This document shows, piece after piece, positions 22,153 through 34,152 of a stretch of 64,000 bases of DNA. The DNA comes from Octopus sinensis. Taxonomy: Eukaryota. The first letter of the stretch is position 1. The number at the start of each line of letters is the position of its first letter. The notes beneath the pieces were generated by a model, which ran no database searches, was not told the origin of the DNA, and worked only from the letters and a program-made list of their open reading frames with translations. The DNA lies in contig NC_043002.1 of assembly GCF_006345805.1 (NCBI RefSeq), positions 94,488,001 to 94,552,000 on the forward strand, read 5' to 3'. The position numbers and the translations under genes were made by a program.

Positions 22153-22249
22153 GTGAGTACTGTTTTTCATTCTTCTCAGCCTAAACCACTAAGAAATGAA
22201 ACAAAATCGTTACAAACATTACAACAATACAGACATTATCAATGCCACC

Positions 22250-22780
22250 CCGCCACCACAACCACTGCCACCGCCACCGTCACCGCCGCCGCCACCGCCG
22301 CTATTGCCACCACCACTTCCATCACATTGGAACCACAGCCATTATTGCCATCCGCAAGAGTGGTTGATTGACAGCATTGCGAGTGTGTTAGACTAAATAC
22401 CTCGTTGTATTTGTGCTGGCTTTTTTACGTTTTGGATTCAAGTCCGGCTGAGGTCATTTTTACCTTTCATACCTCCGGAGTTGATAAAATAAAATACCAG
22501 TCATTTACGTGGATCTGTTTAATCGACTAATTCCTGCCTTTGAATATCAGGCCATGTGTCTGTGTGTTGAAAGCATAGCGGTAATCATGATTATTACCAT
22601 CACTATCACCGCCACCACAACGCCAACATCATACGACGACGACGACGACCACCACCACTACTACCCCTTCCCCCCCACCATTAGATTCACCTCCATTCAC
22701 TATCACTATGACCATCATCATCCGCAACTTCAACATTTTCGCCACCAATACCACTTTTTCTACTACAACGTCAACGCAAA
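22250..22780. repeat. (CCA/CCG)n and (CAC/GAC)n tracts around a SINE-A remnant (about 22390-22570)
   Basis: Direct reading. Confidence 0.8.
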
Positions 22781-22961
22781 AAAAAATAGGAAGAATAATC
22801 AAATTTTTCCCAAATGACGCCCTACTGCATTAAAATAAAAGCAGACACATTGGATAATACCTGAAAAATATCAGGATGGTCATAGTTAGAACGCCTTTGA
22901 TCGTAGGTCTTCTCAAACAAGGCTAACATAAGCAAAATATGGTTGGATAAAATAAAAGGAG

Positions 22962-23384
22962 GGATCCTTTCGGTTTGAACGGCAGTTTTTTCTAGCGGTG
23001 TCATATGAAATTGTCCCACATACCTATGACCCTAGTATCGATCTATTGCATTTCAATCTGTTTTAGGGTTAGGATTAGTTAGGGTTAGGGTGGGGGAAGG
23101 GTATCTTTTTTTCTTCACAAATGTAAATAAACCCAATCTGTTTCTTAAACGAGGGACATATTCATACGGCACAGAATTTTTTTACCTCAATAGACGTCAG
23201 TGATTGGTTGAAATTGCATAAATTGAAGAAAAAAACAACAAATATCTTACAAACCATAGAATTTTCTCAATAAAGCCAAGAGAAAAAGATGTTTTATAAA
23301 CACATTCTACCAGTATACGAAGTTTAAATTTTTTTAGTTACCTAGAAATTATGTTAAAAACTGCCGTTCAAACCGAAAAGATCC
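22962..23384 (+). mobile_element. MITE, Merlin-like, copy 2
   Basis: Same TIRs; TSD AAAAGGAG (22954-61, 23385-92). Confidence 0.93.
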
Positions 23385-24984
23385 AAAAGGAGTTGCAGGC
23401 CAGCGGTATTTGGTGGCATTATAAATCTACAGATGATAAAGCTACCACTGAAAGCTTGAGAGAGGCTTGAGAGAACAAACCCAGAGAAAGAATTCGATAA
23501 ATCTTGTGTTTAAGAACAAACAGTAATAGTATACGTCACACTCAAATTTTTAAAAAATAGTTTTTACTGGATACACAATCCTTTTCCTAATACTTGTAAT
23601 AATTATAGCCGGAGATAAAATGTATTTCTTCCTTTTCAATTATTCCTTTAGCTGTGCTACTTCAATTTCATGTGCTGGATAAAATCATTGTTTCCTATGT
23701 TGTCATCTAATGCAATGGACGACAGCGAAATTCGAAACGAAGTAACTTGATGAAGTACTCATGTGACAGCAAAAGGTATCTTTTCTCTAATTGTTTATCG
23801 GCTGGAATCAATTGCATGCAATTTCCTTTATAAAAGTGATAAAATGAGATTGTCCAGTCAGTACCACAAAGTAGAGGGAAGATCTCAGCAAGCGTAGATT
23901 GCAATTTCCCAAAAGCAACTAGTTTCATTGAACCTATTTCGCAAATGTCAGCAATTTTCGTTTAATTTCTCTAATGTCCTTAACAAAGGCACAAATGTTA
24001 TACAATCTCGTTTCCTTTGTCCTATAATTTTCACGCATTGCTCCTATCTAAGGAATCAATAAAATTAAGAGTAGACGTTATCTTCATTAGATCAAAGTAG
24101 TCACAGAAAAACGTTTGAATAAAATAATTTTTAAATGTGACATCTTTGCCGTAATGAAAGGTGGGGGTGATGCAGAAAATAAAAGAAAAGAATGCAAGAA
24201 CTGAAGACAAATTGCTAAATTTTATTTAGCAATTAATTGTGGTTTGTTTATATTTCCGATAAATTAAAAGAAATCTCTTTTAAATTTTAATTAATGTTTG
24301 CGATTCAATCATTTTAAATTTAATGTTACGGCGATCTTATTTTACCTTATTTAATTTTTTTAATAGAATTTTTTAGAGTAAAATATTTTTTAAAGAACTT
24401 ACAGTTACAATAAATTTCTGTTATATTGTCAGACAATGTGCCACAAGAAAATGATTCCGTCATTTTGCAGATCATATCAATAATGATGGCAAAAATATTA
24501 TAAGATATAATACGTTATGTTTTTACAAAAAATTTGAGCACAGGAGGAGCGGAGGGAGAAGAAATAGAGAAAGAGAGATTTGGAGGAAGGGATGATGTCT
24601 ATGAAATGCAAACAGACTCAGACTGAATTAACTATTTATCAAATAGTTAATTACATCCCATTAGATCCCCTTTTCTCCAAATTAACATTGAAAACGTGTT
24701 TTACATTCGTAGAATAGAGAGAATAATTTTGGTATTCGCGTTTAGACTGAACTGATTCCGTTTCATTTGATAAAAAGTATGAGTCACGTTTGGCTCTACC
24801 GAAACATTGAAAATACTGTGTATGATCAAATAAATCAGTAGCTTTGCCAAGAATATTATTCGAAACTGAACACGGAGTCTGATATTTGGAATTCCATATA
24901 CATAATCGAAAATATTACAGTACAACATTAAAGGCTATTTGTTATTACAGTCTGGCTTCACGTACAATCTCATGAATTATCTCT

Positions 24985-25092
24985 CGCTCACTCACACACA
25001 CACACACACACACACTCACTCACACGGAACCTTTCTCTCTTATACACGCAATCTTACATGTACATTCTCTCATACACATACAAACACTCTCG

Positions 25093-25139
<47 letters not shown>

Positions 25140-25225
25140 ACACTCTCACTCAGTCTCACACATATATACTCTCACTCACACACTCTCTCTCACAACTCTC
25201 ACATAAACATACTCTCGCACACACA

Positions 25226-25259
<34 letters not shown>

Positions 25260-25330
25260 CTCATACACACCATACATTTCCCTCTCACACACTCTCTCTC
25301 TTTCTTTCCCAGTCTCTCTTTCGTATGCAA
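24985..25330. repeat. mixed (CA)n/(CT)n low-complexity tract
   Basis: Direct reading. Confidence 0.9.
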
Positions 25331-25699
25331 TCGTTCTGCCTCTCTGACACATTTACTTCTTAGTCATAGACCAACTGCTATGATTAGCTTAGGATTAGGG
25401 ATTAAGTTTTCATTATAATTAATTATTTAGTAATTGTTAGAATCAAGTTAAATTTCGCTTTAAGACAAGAGCCAAAAGCCACTCCTTTTAGCATTGACTT
25501 TATTTTCTAGAAATTTCAATCAGTTGAAATTAGTGGAAAAAAATTTCAATGCGTGAAAAAAATTCTTTTTTTTTTTCTTAAAAATAAAGTTGATTTTAGA
25601 GCAGTGAACTCACTTGCTTATTGCTTTTAGATTTTAGGCACTCGTTGAGGGAGTTGTTATGTACTTAAGACACGGATAATCTGCTTTCGATTCAGAATA

Positions 25700-25859
25700 T
25701 TACAACATGGCTGAATTAAGAGGTTCGCTTCGCAATCAACAGGTCATGGTTCAATCCTACTGTGTGGTATTTTTGACTAATGTCTTTTTCCATTGACTCG
25801 GGTCAGCACAAGCTTTTTATAGGCGCGGATGTGGCTGCGTGGTAAGAAGCTTGCTTCCC
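25700..25859 (+). mobile_element. two SINE-B head fragments, the second (25821-25859) broken by the following LINE
   Basis: AGGCGCGGATGTGGCTGCGTGGTAAGAAGCTTGCTTCCC matches the head of the full copy at 31255-31701. Confidence 0.8.
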
Positions 25860-27222
25860 CGCGCATGCGTTGGTCAGTGTTTTTTTTTTTTTTGTACACC
25901 AACGTCATGAATTATTGAACAAATGAAGCACAATTACAAGGTAAGACATTTGGGATTCAGTGAAGGTTTGTTGCTCGTGTTTAAAAAGAAGTCTCCACTG
26001 AGTTCCGGGCAAATTGTCTGCCTGTAGTTGTACTTAGAAGTCTCACTTAGCGGTAAGAAGTGTGTTTTGGGGGCGTATCCCTCCTCCTATAATTGAGAAC
26101 ATTAAGCTTTGTTTTTACCCATTTTTTGGTGAAATTGTTGTGTGACTGTTTGTGCCCTGGATTACCAAGTGGATTTCTGAGGTCGCCAGGAGTACCAGGA
26201 CAGCCAGAAGAATAGTTTGCTGTGTTTTGAACTTTTTCTTGTCTTCTGCCTTCCTTCCTGTACTTTTTTTTTTTAACTCTTTGAACTTTTGTTTTTCTGT
26301 AAAATTTTTCCCAAAAAGCTTGCCAAAAAAGATGAACAATCCTGCGTTGGAGTGAGAGATTGTCCCATCGAAGCAGTGGATAAAAGACTTTGATGAGAGG
26401 ACGGTGGTGTTAAGGACTTATTCAAAGTTACTCAATACCATCACCCTCTTTAAAAAGATACAAATTGAAAAAGAGATCGCAGAGTATTTGTCAACTATAA
26501 AATTCATCTGCAGTGGGGTTCACGTATGCAACGGTGTGATTACTATTTGACACTCTTGAGGAGACTCGCAAATTAGAGGGCAAAGAGATTTTCGTTTCTT
26601 ACCACGTATTGTAGGAAGAAGTTGACAAGAGCTTGGGTCTGCGGGTTGCCAGCCTGGATAGAAGACACTATCCGCTGAGGTCTGGGTGGCAGCGAATGCA
26701 AGTTGCTTGATGTTAAAAGTTTGTCGGCGGCGGATTGGGTTGGCTCAAAAGCAATTTTGACCCTGTGGACCCAATCAGCCAAGAATCTGGCCTTTCCAGA
26801 CTTTTTGAAAATGGCCGGTTGCAGGTACCCACGGATATTTGAAGGACGCCTCACCAAGTGTCACCTATGCCTGGAACCAGGTCACATTAAAAAGAACTAT
26901 CCCCAGGACCAGAGTAGGGTCCTGGAACAGTTGGTTGAGGAAGAGCTCCCCCTCCTCCTCCGGAGGGAGTGATGGAAACAATCGAGGAGGTAGAGACTTA
27001 CCCGAAAAAAAGGGAAAAAAGGAAGAAGGTGGGCAACAAGTGTTGCTCACCGAAGGACTCCAAATCTGCGAGAGGGAGAGATGATCCTCCGGTTAAAGCA
27101 GAGGAACTACACCCGCCCGTATCAAAGACGAGAAAAAAGAAGAAAAAGAATGGAACAGTGCCGGCGGTTAGCAGTACACTGCCGGCATGTCCTGAAACCT
27201 CGTCTGTGGATTTTGTGCCACC
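25860..27222 (+). mobile_element. Tx1-clade LINE 5' portion (5' UTR and decayed ORF1)
   Basis: Gag-type knuckle CHLCLEPGHIKKNYP (CX2CX4HX4C, last C lost) near 26858-26905, followed by E-rich and K/R-rich tracts; stops and frameshifts. Clade assignment is inference. Confidence 0.7.
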
Positions 27223-28077
27223 GACGGAGGAAACTGCTACGCATTTCGCCTGGCGTGCTAATGTTTCTACCAGCTCGCATATGCAGACTGGATAGGTATT
27301 CTATTAATGGACCAAAGCTATCTTTCGAATTTCTCTTTCCGTTGTTTCAAAGAAAGATTTAGTCCATGTTTTTTCGAAAGCTTATTAATTCTTATGATGT
27401 CAATACATGAAGTTCTCGCAGGCAGCTTCTAATATGGACAAAGAAATTTGAAGGATTGCTTTAGATCAATGGTGGAACGCTTGTCATGCCATGGGTATCC
27501 TTCGGCTTTTTCTATCCGAAAGGGGTCTTCAATTCAGTAATTACAAGGAGGAGAAGAGGAAGAAGGAGAATAAGAACGAAGAAGAATGAAAGGAAGAAGA
27601 GAAAGAGGAGGAGAGATTAGCCCCTTCTACTTCCTCTTCCTTTTCTTCTTCTCTTCCTTCTTTTTCTCCTCCACTTTCACTTGTGTCTTTTTTTGCTCGT
27701 TTTCCTCCCCCTCCTTCCTATTCTTATACGTATCGATCCTCTTGATTCCCTCTCCCCACATAATATATAGCCCACTTACTCATCCCGCATCCACACTTTG
27801 ATTCTTTTCTTTTTTATTTCCCCCTGATATTTTCCTAACTACAAGGTCCGAAGGCCACACAATATAATAACACACCTCTGATGCAAGTCTGATAAAGTAC
27901 CTCTCTAATGTCTAAAACCGCAAATATTACGTAATTTTTCATTTAGAATTTTCGCGTAAACTAGTCTTGCAAATCGAGATTGAACGGAAACAATTGTAAC
28001 TTGTAATTAAAGAAGTGTTAAAGAATTTTCCTTTCCTTCTTCTTTTCATTGGTACACAAACACACACACACACACAC

Positions 28078-28145
<68 letters not shown>

Positions 28146-28734
28146 GCGGTGCAAATAACATGAAATACTTAAACAACAAGAAAAAATGGAAAACAGGACA
28201 AGCAAATACAGAGAAAGGACCCTTCGTCAGTTGTTGGCTGTCTATCTACTCTTCATTTCGAGCATTCAACGACAATATGAGTCTTCAAAGACAGTTGCCC
28301 CCATAAATTCTAAAATAAAATTTAGGATTTGTGGAGAGCCAAAGTTGAGAACCAGAAAATGAAAGTGGAGACATACGAGGAAACTGAATGAAAACAAACA
28401 TGGAGGGTCGTTAGAACAGAACGAAATAGTGAACGGGGGTAGAAACGTTTTTTGAAAAGAGAAAAGATACAAGAGATAGAGAAAAACACGGTCTGTTCTT
28501 TTAAATGTCGATGCAGGAAAAGAAAAATGGTTACGTTAAGAAAAGAAAGTAGGACGATGGTCACTTGTGAGCAACGAGAGAGAGAGAGAGAAGGAAAAAG
28601 AAAAAAGAGGGAAAGAGAGAGCGACAATAGAAAATGGTGAAGGAGGGAGGGAAGAAAAAATGAATTAGAGAAGGATGGAGGAAGAAAACAGTATAGAGTA
28701 GAGAGTCGCATCAAAAAGGTGAAGTTAAACTTAT

Positions 28735-29235
28735 ATATATACAAGCGGTTGTTGAAAGATTCTTGGTTTTGGGTAAAAGAAAATACGGAAGGTTCAGTTA
28801 ATTATAATATTATTCTATATATTCTACTCTCAGATTCACACGCTTACTACAGCGGTCCATCAGTCTTTGTAAGCCCTGTAAGAGAACTCAGAAGGTTGGG
28901 TCTCCAATCAGGCCTTTCGCGATACCTTTAAAGCCAAGAACTTTTCAGCAACAGATGGGTCGTGGTGCACTGTAGCTGTTTCAGACGTGTTTTTTAATGA
29001 TGAACAGAAGCCTTACATCGTGTAAAGAAACCGTATTCATCAGGTGAATATAAACAAGAATTAACAATAATAACTTCTCAAGAAAAGGAACAGTTCCAGA
29101 TGACACGACCGACCAAAGTTCGGTCAGATAATGGAGCTATCAAAAGAGGGCGCTGGTTAGCAATGCCCACTTACATTGGTGCTTTCACTATTTAAATATC
29201 TGGTTCTCTCGAATCCTGGAAATTATATATATGAT
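28735..29235 (-). mobile_element. old (TA)n-flanked element with a decayed hammerhead (about 28964-29050)
   Basis: Minus strand TATTCAC-CTGATGA-ATACG...CGTCT-GAAAC-AGCT-ACA-GTG. Confidence 0.5.
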
Positions 29236-29479
29236 TATATATATATATATATAAATATAAAGGAAATGATTTTACACCTGTCCATTATATAGTTTGGATT
29301 AAAATGTGAAGCACAGTATAGTTACGGTTAATTATATACAGTTAGCATTCGGTTTTTTAGGCTATCCTAAAATCCATAGCTTTTAAATTATATAGACTTT
29401 GCTTAAAATCAACCAATGTATATTCTTGATCAGAAGTCTTATAAACATTCCTGCTGTTGCTTTTCCAGTCAAGTTTCAT

Positions 29480-29900
29480 TGAAGGAAACATATCTTCCTC
29501 AAGAAATCCTTACATAAAATAATTGTATGATGCGTGGCCGGATTTGATTCAAGTATATTATTAACGTCTTACCACGGTTCCTTGTATCAACAAATATCTA
29601 ACAAATCTACAAATTTGATAGTCAATGACTGTGGAAGGAAAACTTATTTCAGTTAGATTTCTTTCTTTCTAGTAATCCCTCCAGACACTCGAAATGTCCT
29701 TTCACCTGTAGTACACGTATGTTATTAGATATATTATGTATTTAATGGGATTTTCTGCAAGAAGGAATTCTGATAAAAGGCAGCTTCGTTTGAGAAGCTC
29801 TATTTCTTCTAGAGAATTAGCTTTTCCAATACGTAGATCTAATCTGGATCAATTGTAGGCATGAGTGCCACTATATGTCCTATGATATTCATTGTATTAG
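29480..29900 (-). mobile_element. highly decayed RTE-like LINE RT C-terminal relic
   Basis: Broken frames give TYSG...DLRIGKANS and SGH, resembling RTE motifs YLGS..RIGKA and W.GHV. Confidence 0.35.
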
Positions 29901-31254
29901 ATTAACACTGACTGTTAACTGTAATGAGAGGTAGTGAGTGGTATGTGGTGAAATATCTATCAAAGTTACTTTGGATGTGGAGACTAATGAATTATTTGGC
30001 CACTTCCATATGATTATTCAGTCACGCACAAATTCCAAATAGTTTAAGATATTTCGGAAATGAATTTTATAGAGATGTTACTGTACATCTCTGGTAATTT
30101 AAGACCAGTGTAATAAACAGAAACATATATCTAAAATACAGCAAGAATCTGGAAATATCGTTCGATGATTAGTATTTATTTACAACAAAGAGATCTCCAG
30201 ATGTATGTTCGACCAATCAACCTTCTTGTTCAGATCGAAAAATTTCTGCCAGTAACAATTATATGTTCTTATTGGACTGGATTATCGAAAGAAGAAAACA
30301 AGGATCGAAAAAACAATATTGCCTTTTATTGGCTTCAGAGCATTGGACAAAATGCCTTGAAGTATTTGTTCCATTTCTTTATGTTCTGAATTTAGATCTG
30401 GCAGAGGTCAAATTGGTCTTTCGTCCTTGTGATCGAAAAATAATCGGCTGTTCCCTCCCGACTTCTAAAACATTATGACTCTGTGCTAATATAAGACTGG
30501 GGGTTAGTAGAATCATTACGTCGGTCAAAATCTTGCAGTATTTATTCCAGTTCTTTAGGTACTCAGTACAAATCCAGGCGCCGTAAACTTTGCTTTTCAT
30601 TCCTTCCCATACTCGTTAAAATAAAGGACATCTGAAGTATTTGGGTCGATTTAACCGTCTAACTTCCTCGTCCTCAAATCTGAGATTTTGTGAGATATTA
30701 TGCTAAAAATAATTCTATTTTTAACCGTTTTATGTAAGTTTCATCTGTGCTGCCCAGTACACCTCTGTTTGGGAGGTGTGTACAACATAATTGCTTGGGG
30801 GTTTACAATTGTTTGCAAGCTGCATGTGCAGTGTTTTGTTGTGAAATTTGTGTTGTTTTTAACTCTTCGTTCATTTGTTGCTTACAATGCGTGCAATCTA
30901 AATGAGTTCTTTTTCAAATTCTGTAGACTATGTTATTATGTGAGTTGTGTTATGTGTTGTAGTGTCGGTTATGATTTTATAGACTGTTGCGTTATTTTGT
31001 TAGGTAGCGATAGCCTAAAATATTCATAGGGTAATGTAAGCGTAGATGGTGTGTAAGGTATGCGTTGTGTTAGCTTTGACTGTGTAGAGCAAGTGTAATG
31101 TGGGTTGTGGAGAATATGCATTTCATGGGCTGTGACTGTGTAATGTCGTGTGGGTTGCGACTGTGGAATGATCTAGTGGGACGATGAAAAGAACTAGGTC
31201 ATAATGGGGGTAGCGAAAAGAGACGCTCGTTGGGCATGCCCACCTACGCTTTCC

Positions 31255-31483
31255 TCTTTTTTACTCTTTTACTTGTTTCAGTCATGTGCCCTGCGGCCAT
31301 GGTGGAGCACCACTTTTAGTCGAGCAAATCGACTCCAGGACTTATTCTTTGTAAGCCTAGTACTTATTCTATCGGTCTCTTTTTCCGAACCTCTAAGTTA
31401 CGGTGGGCACAAGCACACCAGCATCGGTTGTCAAGCGATATTGGGGGGACAAACACAGACACACAAACACACACACACACGCT

Positions 31484-31537
<54 letters not shown>

Positions 31538-31701
31538 CGTCGGGCTTCTTTCAGTTTCCGTCTACCAAATCCACTCACAAGGCTTTGGTAGGCCCGAGGC
31601 TATAGTAGAAGACAATTACCCAAGGTGCTACGCAGTGGGACTGAACCCAGAACCATGTGGTTAGTAAGCAAGCTACTTACCACACAGCCACTCCTGCGCC
31701 T
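31255..31701 (-). mobile_element. full-length SINE-B (tRNA head, CORE-like segment, internal microsatellite, GACTGAAACAAGTAAAAGAG tail)
   Basis: Head AGGCGCAGGAGTGGCTGTGTGGTAAG...GGGTTCAGTCCC; CCTTGGGTAATTGTC; related copies at 36230, 48297 and 49490. Confidence 0.92.
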
Positions 31702-32605
31702 GCTTACCTTTTTTCAAGTTTAGTAAATAATATTGTTAAACAGATGTGTGAAAAGTTGCTTGAAGTTGGTTTTCTTCTTAAAACAAGAACAACGAACAAA
31801 AAATAAATAAAAGATCTAAAACTTTTACCGAAGAAGGTGTAAATAAAATTCCTAAGGGAATTCTCTACAAAGATACATTACTGAACAAAAGCAGCATCAG
31901 TAACAATAATAAAAGTAACAGTCACGCTGAATCTGTCTGACAACTGCATTAAGGATATGCGTGTCTGTGGAGTGCTCAGTCATTTGCACGTTAATTTCAC
32001 GATCATGCTGTTCCGTAGATCGAATCAACTAGGACTCTCATCGTCGTAACCGACGGGGTGTAATTACACACACACACACACACCACACACACACACACAC
32101 AACAAACAAACAAACACAAACACAAACACACACGCACATATACACACATACACACACACATATATATATATATACACACATACTGTATATGTGTGTGTGT
32201 GTGTGTGTGTTGTGTGTGTGTGTGTGTTGAGGATGTGATTCTTCTTATCTTAATATTGTATCAGACAGCAGTACTCAATAAGTATTCACTGAGGATCTGC
32301 TATGGGTACCAATGACCACCTTCTTTGATACCAATGCCAAATACGTGTGTATGCACGTATATATATATAAACCTATAAATCTGCATACATATGTATATAC
32401 GTATAACCATATATATCTATTTACATATACGCATATATGAATACTTATATATACGTATATATATATAGATACATGTGTGTGTATGTTTGTATATATACAT
32501 AAAAGCACATATATGCATTCATATACATATACATATGATTACATATATGTAATCACGTGTATATAATATGTATGTATAGACATATATTTGGAAGCAAACA
32601 CAAAC

Positions 32606-32660
<55 letters not shown>

Positions 32661-32765
32661 TGTAAAAAACTACAAACTGGGACAAAAACGCAAAACATTT
32701 AGAAGACGATACAAAAAACGTCTTCTAAATGTCTTGCGTTCTTGTCCCAGTTTGTATTTTTTACA
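32661..32765. repeat. 38-bp-arm hairpin (fold-back of a repeat terminus)
   Basis: Arms 32671-32708 and 32719-32756, two A/C mismatches, 10-nt loop. Confidence 0.9.
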
Positions 32766-32921
32766 TATATATATAGCGACGCACGTACCTTTTTGTCTTA
32801 TATATATATGTATTCATCTGTTTATCCAACTGTCTACCCATATAGATGTGTGTGTATCTAAGTATCTACGGATATTGTATACACACACGTGTGTACGTAT
32901 TGACATACATGTGTGTGCACT

Positions 32922-32963
<42 letters not shown>

Positions 32964-34076
32964 GAGAGAGAGAGGGAAAGAGAGAGAGAGAGAAAGAAAA
33001 AAAGCTATTGCTTCCACTAAACAAATCATTTACAATTCTAACTTCAATTTAGAACAACTGTTGTCTGGAGTTTGTATTTTGAAAGTAAAGGTAAAAGATT
33101 CTTCATAAATTCCATAATTGGTATTTTGACTTTTGTTCTAAGTAAACAGTGGTTTACAAAGATTTTGTAAATTTTGTGAATTTTCAGTATCAGACAAACT
33201 TCAGAAATTGTCTTCGAATATTTGCTTTAAATATAGGTCTAGCCCAATAGACTCATTTATTGATTTTAATAATAGTTATTATAAATATAAATTAGTATAT
33301 AATTTTTTTCTTTTTTAAAATTAATTGAGTATCGAAGGAAGTACACAACGTTACCGCAGTGAAGTTCCAATTGAAGCTCATCATTATGCCAGCTCGATTT
33401 TTCTGATTTTCGCTGTCTTCCACATTTTTTTCTAATTCATATTTTAGAAACTCTATCATTACGATTTATTTTTTTTTAAAGGCATTTAATTATATATTTA
33501 TTGGACTTTCAGAATAGCTGTCTTACGTGAATCGGAATTTCTCGGATTTTTTTTCGGCATTTTTCCACATTTTATAATACACATGAGCGGGCTTTTTTAA
33601 TAATAAAACTTTATAATCCACATTTTTCAAACATCCACCCACCCCTTCATTGCACCTTTGGAACACAAAACCACTATAATTTTTCTTTTCTCTTTTGCTT
33701 TTTTTTTTTAACTTTTCGTCATTAATGTAGTTCATATTTTGAAATACTTATAATTTATATTTTTATAGAAAAAATTTGGAAAATCTATCATGCATAAATC
33801 AAAATTTCTCCATCTTCTTTTGTTTTTTTAACCTTGAATGAAGAGGGGAAAGCCACAATTTTTTCTGTTAAAATGCGTATTGTATGTATTTATCTTTCGA
33901 AATGTGGAATGTTATAACATTTAGGATATATTGTGAAACACGCTTAACATCATCGTAAACGTAGCTCTCTTTCTACTGCAAAATTCAAAACAAATGTATT
34001 TCACAAATAAAAATTAACCTAGTCAACCCATTATTTTGCTGTTTTCACAATATGACAGAGCAAATTTACATCTTAC

Positions 34077-34152
34077 CTGTAACTACGTTGTTTTCATATT
34101 TTTACTGCGATGGATGTACTTTGCGCTGGGATATCAGCTTCCCAACATCAAG
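34077..34152 (-). other. candidate non-coding exon, 76 nt
   Basis: CGTGTCTTTCAG|CTTGAT...TTACAG|GTAAGA; stops in all three frames. Confidence 0.25.

Noticed and set aside
29175-29215. 41-nt minus-strand exon candidate (GFERTRYLNSESTN) with good splice sites
   Set aside because: It lies inside an old (TA)n-flanked repeat; exonisation is possible but unsupported.
31255-31300. SINE-B tail AGTC-aaat-GACT-GAAAC-AA-GUA-like motif resembling a hammerhead 3' half (also 10470-10500)
   Set aside because: No CUGANGA upstream and no stem I.
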